A DNA stretch of 64,000 nucleotides, taken from the NCBI RefSeq assembly GCF_040938485.1, contig NW_027272265.1, positions 186,001 through 250,000 of the forward strand. The letters are read 5' to 3'. The position numbers and the translations under genes were made by a program. The notes beneath the pieces were generated by a model. The model did not search any database, had not been told where the DNA came from, and was given only the letters and a program-made list of their open reading frames with translations. The number at the start of each line of letters is the position of its first letter. The first letter of the stretch is position 1. This document shows positions 26,281 to 38,482 of this stretch, piece by piece. Source of the DNA: Diadema antillarum (Eukaryota).

Positions 26281-29200
26281 TTTGGGTTTCCCCATCCTGT
26301 AGAAGCAAAGAGGAGTGGCACTTTAGGATTTTAAAGGCTTGAACTGTGCACATACTTGTATTATCACTGTTTGTATCATTATCTTTTTGGCAAGATAAGA
26401 CAGAACTACGGTAATCACATAAAAATACCCAGTAATCTGTGAGGTATTAGAAATAAACCCTGTTCCAACAAACTGTCTGCATTCACTCATTTTGTCTTGA
26501 CATGACTGCACATGCATTATCATCGCACTGAAGAAATGACTGCGAAAAAGACTTGACTTCAAGCAGACTGTTCAGTTTGATCTTTTCGAGTTGGCTTTTC
26601 ACTGTGTAATCTACGTTTGGTGTATCAGGAAGGCAGTACAGTACAGGTAAGGACTGTTCACATATTGTAAACATCAACATATATGTGAGATTATTATTAT
26701 TTTTTTTTCACTGAGCGGCTCAGAAACATATTTGTGGGTCTTGAATTTGTGCTTCTCAAGTGCTGTATACCCCAACATTTTCATCCAATTTACAGAAAAG
26801 GCGGAAACACTTCCCTGTATGAAAACTGTATGGCCTGTGTAGAAACTACTGCACGCACACAAACTTGTACCAGGGAGGCATGACTGCATGCACTCATGAA
26901 GCCCATGATTCAATCAGTTCAAATGTGCAGAGAAAATGTGAAGACATTTTTGTGGGTTGTAGACTTCATGCTAGCCAAAAAGTAGCACAAAAGAAGCAAA
27001 ACATGGTGTACCATGAAAATTTCTGCATTTACAGTAATGCATACAAGTTTTTATATCGTAGGTTTCCATTGCTACAATGTATACTGAGAGTGCAAAACTG
27101 TGAGAGCTAGAACCTGAGTGCCACAGCTATTGGCATCTTTTCACATACATCTGTCACCATTCAACAAAAGTGATTCCAACACTATCCAAATTTTCACGGT
27201 TTACCTGCATTTCAGAAAGACAAAAGGTTGTGCTTGATATCAAATATAACTAGATCAATGAAATTATGGCAGTGTGACTTATTGATGTTGTTTGATGAAT
27301 TTCATGTTTATATTTAAAAGCAACAAAGTTAAAAGGGAAGCTGGTTTCTAAGCTCAGTCAATAGTTTCCCTCTGACTCTTATCCTTTAACCCAAAGAACA
27401 AGTTTTGCCCAAGCAAAATGAATACTGTATTTGAAAACAAGGAATGTTCGTGTGCATTTTAATTTTGCGAATTTCGCGAATTTCGCGAGCACCAAAATTC
27501 GTGAAATTATAATGCACGCGAAAGTTTTTGCCTACACAATATGCATTAGATGCCAGTGGCAATTTTCCAAAATTTCATGCTGCAAGAAAGGCCGTCGGCT
27601 CCTATTCGCAAAATTTTCATGCTGCGAATACATCGTGTTTTACATTGCCATGCCTCTTATAGAAAACCAACAAGGTGACAATATGATAGGCTTTGCAATC
27701 GGTGCTATACTATACTCACCAGGACATATGCTATAACTAAAATCATGTGATTGGGCAACACAAAGTAAAGAGCATGATATATTCGCCTTCGTCGGGAGGC
27801 GATAGGGACAAAAAAACCCCCAGGTTTCAGAAGGCCTCGTGGTTGTGCCACTTGGTCTTGCATTCATCCAGTTCTCACAGTGCTCGGTGTGGCGAGTTAG
27901 TCTCGATCTTCAGCCACGAGGCCTTGTCAAAAGGCTACGTCCACTCTGGTTCCTATTTTAATTCCTTGCTTTTTTTTGTAAATGAATATTTGGAAACAAG
28001 AACAATGTTCTCACTTTGGATGATAAATTCATTCATTCATTCATTCACTCATACATACATAGATATGCAAAGTTTCATTTGGACACTCCTAACCATTCTT
28101 CAGTAGCGCCATCCATGAAATTGATTATGGACGGACAGATGACAACCTGAACACAAACAAAATGGCTCTGATGACACTTTCTGGTGGAGGCATTATGGGT
28201 AAAAACAACAATGGATAGTCAATAATGGTGTGAGTAGTCAAGCCTCTAAGATACTTGAAAGCAAAAGCTGTGTTAATGACAATGTTACACCGTAATCTGC
28301 ATGGGATTGCTTACAATTTCAATATCTCAGCAGGTCAAAGCTATCGTACCCCGTTTAAAGCAGCATTATACATCCCTGTCTGCAAGCATCCTCATCAGTA
28401 CTGTAATTATCAATTTTGTGACAAAAAAAAATTGTCAAGATTTGAGGTTTGCTGCTCCCATGGACCTAATACACATGGACTATTCACGGCAGTCTTTCTT
28501 TGATGTAATGATCGTCACCGACACATGATTATGTGCATCTTAATGAGTACATTCAGGTGTCTTGACAATAACGATTGTGTAATCATGTATTGTCACTATT
28601 AAACAAAATAATCGTTTCCCTCATTTCAGTCTTGTTTCGCTGATGTGCCTTTTTCAGACGGAAATGTCTTTAAATAAATACAGGTGATGAGGAGCAGCAA
28701 ACCTGAGATCATTACAAATTTTGTGTAAAAGATGGGTAATTGCTGATTCGCACATTTTCGCACACGCATAAGACCTTGCCTAATGGCAAGATATATCTGT
28801 ACTCTACCATTACCGTCCCTTTTTGCTCTGGAATAAGCTGCGGAAAAGTGAAATATTGAGATCACAACTGACAATCATTCTGCCAAAATGTTAGCTTTCT
28901 TTTAAAAACTGCCTGCATCTCCCAAGCAAAATTGTTTGAGGTAAGATTTCCTAACATACACCCCAACTGCACATTCACTTTACTTGATTTTTGTGAGTTA
29001 TTTTCTTCTGCTCATACAGTTTTAGATTTCTCGAATCTCCATCTTGTTCTTCTCCCAGCTTGTTGGCGGTGACGATCATGGGATCAAAGCAATGAAGCAT
29101 GCTAAAAATGTCTTTGTGGCGCTTTTGAGATGTACAGGTGCATGAATTAATTAACGATACGATGAATGTCCATGTGTATTAGGTCCATGCTGCTCGATCC

Positions 29201-29439
29201 CCATCATTTTTTCAAAGGCAGTTAAGTCTGAAAAGAAACCTCAGTGAAATAAAATCGAACAGAGAGAAACGGTTCTTTTGTCAGTGACAATGCACTATTA
29301 CATAATTGTCACTGTCCAAGCACCTGAATGTACTCATCACAATGCACATATAAGGTGGCAGGACACTGGTCAGATAAAAGAAAGACCTCCGTTCATAGTC
29401 CATGTGTGTAGTAGGTCTATGGCTGAACTATACATCATA

Positions 29440-30326
29440 TACCTCTACATCTTGTACCAAGACTAGCTTTGGGTTTTCCCCACCTGTAGAAACATATACA
29501 TGTATCCCACTTTGGCATTCTGTACATATCTACAGAACAAAGGTATTTCATCTGTCATTATTTGTCCATCTACTTGGATGCAATTTGAGATAAACATCCT
29601 GAGCCACGTTCCTTACACATATCTTGTACCAAGACAAACTTTGGATTTCCCCATGTGTAGAAGTACAGATGTTCATTCTCACATTAAAAAATGTTCTGAA
29701 TGTGTCTAGACAGCACAGTTATTTCTGTCATTATCTGGCAATCAACAGTTTGTGATTAGCACCCTGAGCAATATATCATACCTTTACACCTTGTACTAAG
29801 ACTAACTTTGGGCTTCCCCACCTGCAGAAGCAGAGATGTGTATACTTTAACATTCAGAAGTATTCTCTATGTTTCTTGAGAGCAAAATGGGTATTTCTGT
29901 CATTATTTGTCATCTACATACTTGAATTTTTTAGGTTGTTATCCTGAACCAATTCTTTACATCTTGTACCAAGACTAACTTTGGGTTTTCCCATCTTGTC
30001 TATAGGCAATGAGGATGGTCTTTTTGGCTTGCAATCTTGACCTGGATGTGCACTAATTCTACAGTCAGTATATTATAAAAAAAGAAATAAACAAGGACTG
30101 ACAGCATTCAAAAGAACCAGTCATCTGTAAAATGTCAGAAATCAAACCTCTTCCCATAAAACTACAAGTACTCACTTGGCACATGCACACACATTTACAT
30201 CGCATCAGAGAAAAGACAGGTGAAACAGACTTGTTCACTTCAAGCAGATTGTTCAATTTGATCTTTTTGAGTTGGCTTTCGACGGCTCATTCTATGCTTG
30301 GTGTATCAGGAATAAAGCAGGTAAGT
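29440..30326 (+). promoter_or_regulatory. Upstream module of TPR-TIR gene 1: four ~170-bp repeat units and putative non-coding leader exon (donor CAG|gtaagt at 30320/30321)
   Basis: Units cttgtac(c/t)aagac..tttgg(g/a)(t/c)ttcccc at ~29452, 29623, 29790, 29962; homologous module precedes gene 2. Leader-exon status is inferred. Confidence 0.5.
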
Positions 30327-32004
30327 GCTATTCATATCGTGCATCCATCATAACTTGTCTTGACCAATATAGCAAGAAATTGTGAAAGAAACCTGACTGC
30401 CCTTTTAGCTGCTATTGATATCTTGTGATATGTATTTAGCAAGATTCAACATAGGTCAATCCAATACCATACTTGCCACATTTGTCAATGAGAAAGTGGT
30501 AGACTGCGAGGGACTGAAGTGAGTGAGTACAGCTACGCTAGGCAAGCACTGTGAAGGGGAGGGGGTGTGAGAGGCACAGGATGTCCCGATGTCACGGTAT
30601 GAAGCTGTTTTCTTTTTAAATACGGTACAAAGTTGTGTCATTTGGTGTACACTTTATAGGGTATTTTGTACATCTATAAAGCAGACATATTATTTTGTGT
30701 TTCATTACTAGTTCTGTAGTAATGATTACCATTTATAGGGCCTAAAAATCAAGTACCGGTATGCTGTCTGATAAGAATGCATGGCACATAGGGTATTTAA
30801 CCATGCCATAAAGGATAGAGGGACTTGAGCCGTATTATGTTTATATATGCTGAGCATTTATCATGTTAACCTACTACAAGTCTCTTTTTGCAATGACTTA
30901 TTAAAAATGGCTATAAGTTAATGAGGAAAACATCACCACATGCCAGCAAGTACATCTACAGGCACCTTTAAAAGCACTGCTCACTATCACTAGTCACGAG
31001 CTATTGCCAAAGAAGCATTGTCTCAGATTATAACTAGAAAAGCACTCTTAGAGCTCAGACCTCCGCCAAGCAGCTACTTTCCACCGATGATCTTGCTTTT
31101 CCACAGAGATCAGTGTTTTCCACTCTTCTGTATGCATGCTGAAAAATCGCCCAGTTTCCCAATATAGAAAAATTTGTTACGTACGGCGCGCCTCGCCTCA
31201 GTGGAAACTAGAGCATGCACTTTAGTGTGCGCATGAAAATCTCAAAAATGCACAGCTTGAACTCCCAAGTTCATTGACCCTACCTGTCAAAATATCAAAA
31301 ATCGTTCATAAATTCCCCAAAATTCTCAGATCACTACCAAAATTTAATTATTTGTTACTTGAGTCATTCTTAACCTTTCCTGTAAGTTTCATCCAAATCT
31401 GTTCACTACTTTTTGAGTTATTTTGCACACGGACAAACAAACGGTAAAGAAAACATAACCTCCTCCCTTGGTGGAGGTATTTAAAAAAAAAAACAGATAC
31501 CCGGTACTACCGGTAGTGGTTTCTAAAGGTGCATGCAGTTATGTAGGTTTCTAAGACACAGGGGAGTCCCATTATATAAAAAGTCCTTGGGACTGGCAGT
31601 TTTCTTTCATTACCGGTACATCAAAATTCCATTATTGCTACACAAATGAAGTATATAAGAATATAGAGATGATAATTCTGGAACCGTACTTTGAATTGGC
31701 CAGGGAACAGAGTGCACGGTGTTGTGATGCTGATACAACACTGTCATCTACATACTTATAACCTAAATATCTCAGCAGGTTCTAGTAAAAGGCATGTGTG
31801 CCCTCAGGTTGACCCTATCTCTGGGCTTGTAAGCCTCTGTAAGTATACAGCATCACATAACAATTCCATTGGCCGTTCAGTAACATCGCACAAACATACA
31901 TAATCACACATTTATTTATGATGACCCTTTGATTTCTTGACTGCAAAATCATGTGTAATGTGAAAAAAATGTAATCTTGATACAAATGGCACTGATACTC
32001 TTTT

Positions 32005-32475
32005 TTCAATTCAATTCAATTCAATCAGGTTTATTCATAATACTGCCATGGCAGCCAAATGGCTGAATTGCGGAGTAGTACAACTGTATACACAATGAAA
32101 TATAAAAAGTCATTATTGCATGGAAACAATATATAATGATGATATACACTTGTACATATTATATTCATAGATAAATCTGTGAGGAAATAATAAGTTTACT
32201 TCACGCTGTAAGAATACATACTTAAACGGCAACAATCAACATGAATAAAAATATCAATCACTTATTTATCATTGACCATATCAAAAATATAAAAATTATT
32301 GCATCACTTATGAGTATCGGGTACATGGGTTGCTATTACATGGTGTACTAAAATATAACCTGAACCAAATGATAATATCAACACTCCTGTTATTCTGTAT
32401 ACCGTGTGCTTTGAATTGTGGCATAAACCAATCAAGTGACAAGTGAAACACTAGGATGCACACACATACCCTCAC

Positions 32476-32511
<36 letters not shown>

Positions 32512-34105
32512 TTCACGCCCACACACATATACACTCGTACATATTATATTCACAGATAAAACTGTGAGAAAATAATAAGTTTGCTTCACGCTGTAAGAAT
32601 ACCTCCTTAAACGGCAACAATCAACATGAATAAAAATATCAATCACTTATTTATCATTGACCATATCAAAAGTATAAAAATTATTGCCTCACTTATGAGT
32701 ATCGGTTACATTTGTTGCTATTACATGGTGTACTAAAATATAACCTGAACCAAGTGATAAATATTAGCGCTCCAGTTATTCCGCGTGCTTTGAATTATGG
32801 CATAAACCAATCATGTGACAAGTGAAACACTAAGATGCACACACATACCCTCACAACACACACACGCACACGCACCCACGCCAACACACATATACACACG
32901 TACACAAACGCAAACACACACAGACACACACATTCACACATACACACACAAACGCACACAAATAAAAGGTAAATGATTTCGGATGTGAATATATAATACA
33001 GAAGTACATGAGAGCGGCAAAAAAAAACAACAACAGTGTGTTGAGTCTATAAACAAAGCTGTAAAAACTTCACAGTATCTTCAAAAAATATATCAGATTC
33101 ATCTTCAATATGTTAACTTCAAATTGCACATGTTACATTGCATCAGAAGCTTGAAATCACTTGCAATCACTCCTAAGGAGAAAAAAAGAATTACAAACAC
33201 ATGAATGGACATAGTAAATTCCGTGATTAAATCCATTCAGTTCGCGTTGCGGTAATAATAATACAACCAAACAGAGCCACACCTATCGTGAGTATTTCAA
33301 TTTATATGAACTTGTACTCGCACCCACTCATTTATAATTATGCAAGTATAAATGTGTTCGATGTGGTACATACATACGTACAAACAGGCAAATAGTAGTT
33401 CATGCACACAGGCACACATACCCATTATACATGCTCAAACACATTCACACCCACACATACAGGACATAATGTGCTGTACACAAGGCATATACATACGCAT
33501 ATTATACTTTTCCGAACATACAGGTATATACGCATAATTATACCCAAGCAGTATACAACACAGACACACACGTACACCCACAAGTACGACATAATAGTTT
33601 GCTTGTGCCCTGAGCATGCGAACAGCGGTGTAACACATGCATAATAATGATCAGTGCATTTAAATACACATGCTATGGGGTGACAGAAAATAAAGCAATA
33701 TACTGCAAAATCTTTAATACAATTATTTCAGAGTCGGTTAACGATTGGTTAAAGACATAATTACGGCTGGTTGATGAGAGTAACAAAATATGGTATTGCG
33801 GAATCTCGGAGTCTATTTGTTCGGAATCTAAGTTGGGGGATAGGCTGGGTGTGTCTCGTTGTCCGTATGCCGGGATTTCGAGTTGGGAGTAGATGGCGAA
33901 GACCTGAGGTAGGAGCAGAAAGTTTCAAGGCAAATTTGCGGGACAATGTAGTACGGCGGTGAGCTAGGGTAGGTAGGTTTACGAGGAGGAGAGCCTCGTC
34001 ATAGGACGTATACTGCGAACCAAGTAGGATTCGGAGGGCTCGCTTCTGCACGGACTCTAGCTTGGTAGCTTGATCCTTTGTGATGCCGGCGTTCCAAACG
34101 GGAGT
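32005..34105 (-). mobile_element. 5'-truncated L2/CR1-group LINE, antisense, just upstream of the gene 1 ATG
   Basis: Open frame TPVWNAGITKDQATKLESVQKRALRILLGSQYTSYDEAL...RTNRLRDSAIPYFVTLINQP* (34105-33761); 3' end aattcagcc..ggctgcc..aataaacctga(ttgaa)n at ~32005-32070; ~385-bp tandem duplication in the 3' region (32146-32530 / 32531-32905). Confidence 0.85.
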
Positions 34106-34139
34106 ATACAGCTGTATAACTGTTGTATCCAGCTTTCTG

Positions 34140-34383
34140 ATGGCAGAATATGAATCTAACCCAGGACCTGGGGGTCAATGTGAGCCATCCACCATGCCAA
34201 CAACACCAGCTAGGCAGCCTCCAACTCCAGGTCTCCTTGAACTCAGGGAGCTGAATATCAACAAGGGCCAGATCACCCTCGTGGAAGAAAAATTCATCCA
34301 GCGGACAATATCAGACCAGGTCTACATCCTAAACAGAAGTATCCACAGTCCGCAAATCCTGAATGCTGCAAGGAATGTTGCAG
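34140..34383 (+). CDS. TTC22-like: TTC22/IFIT-like TPR-TIR protein 1, coding exon 1
   Basis: ATG 34140; 244 nt ending GCAG|gtgagc (phase 1). MAEYE...PTPGLLELREL...AARNVA is homologous to gene 2 exon 1 and to PVPGLLNCDL...AVRNYI in gene 3. Confidence 0.85.
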
Positions 34384-35688
34384 GTGAGCCAGGATGAGAG
34401 AGGAGTATGAAACAGATCTCATACAGGGCTACAGTGCATTATTCCAGAAGTTTGTTATTCTGGAGGCTTGATATACTGTAGGTTCATTATTCCAAAGGTT
34501 TGTTAAGCCAAAAATTATTTAAGGTACATTATTCTGATAGTTTGATTATCCAAAAATGAAATAAGGTTTGTTATTTTGAGGGTCTGTTAATCTGATATTG
34601 AAACAGGGCTTTTAATTCCAAAGGTTCATTCATATGCACCATTTGTTCATTTTAAGATTAATTAACATCTTCAGGTGCATTACAAGTACATTGCAACATT
34701 TACATCATGTCCATATCTTATATTGAAATGGTATATAGACCCAAGCTAAGGAGCACATTTATCTGTTGTTTTTGCTTTAAACACACATGCCGATGAAGTT
34801 TGGTCTTGACCAGTGATCCTTTTACTTTGAGCATGTGCATCCACAATTGATAGGTGCAGCTTCCACGCATACATTACATTTGCCAAGTTTCACATGGATT
34901 CCTTGGACAATTCTTACATTAACAATTCACAAAATTGAATATGGACAGACAGGACACGTACCCCAAACAAAACAAAAAATATCCTGTCAAAGGAATATGT
35001 GGTACATCTTTAACCCGTTGCTTAAGGGAACCTGTAAGTTCAAATTTATTTCTGCTGACCCCATGCAGGTGCCTACTTTGCACAGAACCAAAGAGTTTGT
35101 GAGCCCATCAGTGCACGCTCTATTAATACCTCATGCCTGATCAATATTTTGCCTTGTTTGATGGCACATATAGTTGAAGTGGAAAGGGGATATATGTACC
35201 ACTTGACTACTTTCACACAAGCAGATTACCAAACTGTCCAATCTCCATTGCCCTGCAAAAAGAATTTCATTTTTCAAGGGTAATGAATGCTCTTGGAGAA
35301 TTGCGGGAGGAACGGGTTAACTGATGAAAGATGTTGGCTGTAGTGTCAGAAAAATTGATCATGTTCTTATGGTTTCTGCACACTGAAATAAATCATTTGG
35401 AATCATAATGTTGTCTTTCAACAAAACAATTTCTAACAATCCACTGAACTGGACAATGAGTTTGTGGAGGCCATCAAAACTGTATTACTTTCTTTATAAC
35501 TCTGTTACAACTTAATGTGTTTACAGCATCAGTGTGGTTCTGTGCTACCCTCACAAAGGCTGTTATGACTATACCAATTTTAGAGGCTGTTAGGATCATA
35601 TTAAGATTACATCAAACATTTTTTTCCTTCTTCAAATGTCTATGTAACAAACACATGTTTGTGATTGTGTGATTTTTACATTACCTAG

Positions 35689-37790
35689 GACTGATGTTCT
35701 ACCACTCCTACAAGAAGGACAAGGCGATTAAGTTCTGGCAGGAAACAGTAGATTGTGACCCGCAGAATCTCAATGCCCTGCAGGATCTGGCAACGGCATA
35801 CAGAAAACTTCGGAACAATAGAGAGGCAATTGAGTATGAGCGCAAAATCAAGGAACTCCTGGAAGATGCTTCAGATGATGACAGGCAGCTGATGATGGCT
35901 CGCTGTCAGCTGGAGCAGGCCTACGCCCAATTCTGGGACATCCACACAGAATCCTGGTCTGGGGTAGATAAGCGTAAGAAGCAGGTGGAGAGCTATGAGG
36001 CTGGGCTGGACTTTGCTGGAAAGCTCTATGATGAAGAACGCCACCATCTGGAAAAGAGAGACTGGCTTCTTTATACAGCACAGGCTCACGAAAGACTCTC
36101 ACATGCATTCTTTCGGATGGGAGATCATACCAACCACTTGAAGGCCATTGGTGCAGCCATTGAAATACTCCATGCTGTTCGGCAAAAGTGTGAACGAAAT
36201 GATGTATTCCTGGCAGAGGTGTGGTATGTCATGGGAAACACATTAGCCAAAAATGAAGGCAGCCTACAGTCTGATGATGTTACTCTTCCCAAAATAGTAG
36301 CTAAAAAGTACGGCAAGGAATGGAATGATCCATCTTTGTGCTACGTAAATGCACTTAAACTTGACTGTGACAATGTGTGGATTTTAGGCCGCCTGGGTGT
36401 TCACTGGTTCAAGAAAGAACAATATGATGAAGCAGTCATATTCTTGACTAAATCCATAGAAGCTGCCGACAAGCATGGAGAGGACAACCACATGAAGAAG
36501 TCATGCTGGAATGCCCTGTGTCACAGAGCAAAGATAAACATTAAGAAAGCAAAAGCCCAAAGACCACCTACTGGTGAGTCCTACTACCTACTATGGCAGG
36601 CCATGCAAGACTCAAGCAGGGCTGCTGAGTACAACTTCAGTCCAATGACTCTGGCTGTGGACGGAGAAGCACATCATCTACTAGCTCGGCACCCCCACAC
36701 TTCACACAAAGATGCAGAAGAGCTCAGAAACACTGCCCTGCAGAGATTCTATGAAGCTTCAGTCTGCCAAGATGGCCAGTCCATATCAAACACTCATCTA
36801 AAATGGGCAGAATGTCTGATGGACAAACAGGATCTCACTGCAGCCACAGATTCTTACAAAGTTGCTTTTGAAACAGCCCATGACACAAGTGGGAGTTTCA
36901 AAGCCTATATAGCCTCACAGCTCCTACGTGCCATGCTTCAGAACTTCACAAATGAGAAGGACCCTGAGTACCGGTATCTGCTATTAAAGGAGCTTGTATT
37001 CTGCTTCACACATATCTACCGCCACTGCCAGCCCACACGCTTTGAATTTGAAAGGCTTCTCTGGAAGAATGCTTCTGCAGTTCTTGATGTCATGGAATAC
37101 TTGGTCTGCAAGACTCCTCTGCCCAGTGATGAGATGTATCTCTACAAAAAAATGATTCAACCTGCTCTGAAGGAGTTCAGCAAAATGCTAAAAAAGCCAG
37201 AATTCAAAGAAAAACTACAGCAGCTGAACGTCTTTACAGATTTTAAATCAAGACTGGAGAACCTCATTCAAGGGAATGAACGGAACATCAACAATTGTCC
37301 AATGTCAGGACCAAAGAGTCCAGAGGTTGTATCCCCTAAGGATCACCATCAACCTCCTGATCACCCCCTAGCTGAGGGTGTGAAATATGATTTCTGTGTC
37401 ATCTATGATACAGGTAACTTCACAGTGGAAGGTTGGGTAGAGTTCTTTCTCCTATCTGGTCTTGAGTGCCCCTTCTACGGCCTGAAGGGATGCTTTGAAA
37501 AAAGGGACTTCAAGATGGGAGCGCTAAAACTTAATGGGGCATGGACACCTGCATTGACTCAGAGCGCCTATATTCTCATTGTACTTACCCACAATATGAA
37601 CAGAATTAGTACACTCTTGAGTGAGATGTCACAGGAAATTGAAGGGAAGGAAATCATTGTCATCCAGCGAGAAGCAACAGCAGTGCCTGTTCCATTACGC
37701 ATATGTCGCAAGTTCGACTTCACTGTGCAGCCAGACATTCCTGACTTGGCAAGGTACCTGATGCCCCGAAAGATGAGTTTATTCATGTGA
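35689..37790 (+). CDS. TTC22-like: TTC22/IFIT-like TPR-TIR protein 1, coding exon 2 (joined product 781 aa)
   Basis: Acceptor tttttacattacctag|GA completes Gly. TPR helices with DPQNLNALQDLATAY, ARCQLEQAYA, DPSLCY match remembered TTC22 motifs (PGNLNAWANLAHVY, ARCLAEQGYA, DPLDCF). C-terminal TIR: YDFCVIY..WVEFFLL..LE..KRDFKMG..SAYILIVLT. Confidence 0.92.
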
Positions 37791-38205
37791 GAACTATAAT
37801 CACCTACCTCAACTACAACTCCATGTGCCTGTGCTGACAAGATATGATGTCTTGTTTCCAGACTGTGTAAAGGTCTTTTCATCTTAGTTTTTAACATTCA
37901 AATTCTATCATTAGTACACTATTCACACCACCAAGACATGGTATCTAGCTTCGTGGGTTGATGATTAATATATTAGCAATATGAAAAGCTTCTTAAACAC
38001 ATGGACCTGTTCCTTCTGCAATTCTCTGAGGACTGTCAAGGTCTCCAAATGAGATTCTTTTTGCCTGTCGACAAAGAACAGACAGATTGGTGTGATATCC
38101 GTCTGTATGAAAGCAGTCAAGCAGTACATTGCATTCATTGCCCATGGGCAACTGCATGTGCCATGGAACAATATAAACTATTGATTGGACATTAGGTTTG
38201 TTTTT

Positions 38206-38482
38206 TACTCTCTAAAAAAATTGAGTGAAAATTTTCACTCTAAAAAGAGTGAATACAAAAAAGAGTGAATTTCGAGTGAAATTGGAGTGATTTTTAGTGA
38301 AAATGCTCATTTTCACTCATTTTGGAGTGACGTCAGGGATCACTCGAAGATTTTGGGTGATCCCTGACGTCACTCCAAAATGAGTGAAAATGAAAATTTT
38401 CACTTAAAATTCACTCCAATTTCACTCAAAATTCACTGTTTTTTGTATTCACTCTTTTAAGAGTGAATATTTTCATAGAGTA
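38206..38482. mobile_element. Palindromic MITE forming a ~277-bp hairpin
   Basis: Core gagtgacgtcagggatcac / gtgatccctgacgtcactc; arms complementary out to tactct / agagta. Confidence 0.8.

Larger units (their letters stand above)
23860..26660 (+). promoter_or_regulatory. Orphan copy of the TPR-TIR upstream module (repeat array plus putative leader exon, donor at 26647), split by two insertions
   Basis: ccaagactatctttgggtttccccatc units; ttgttc/gttcagtttgatcttt..gagttggcttt..ggtgtatcagga..CAG|gtaag shared with 30250-30326 and 44690-44771. Confidence 0.5.

Noticed and set aside
27710-27730. Possible PUS7 upstream exon ending ..H-M-S-W with gtgagt donor
   Set aside because: In-frame TAG immediately upstream; lies in repeat-like sequence.
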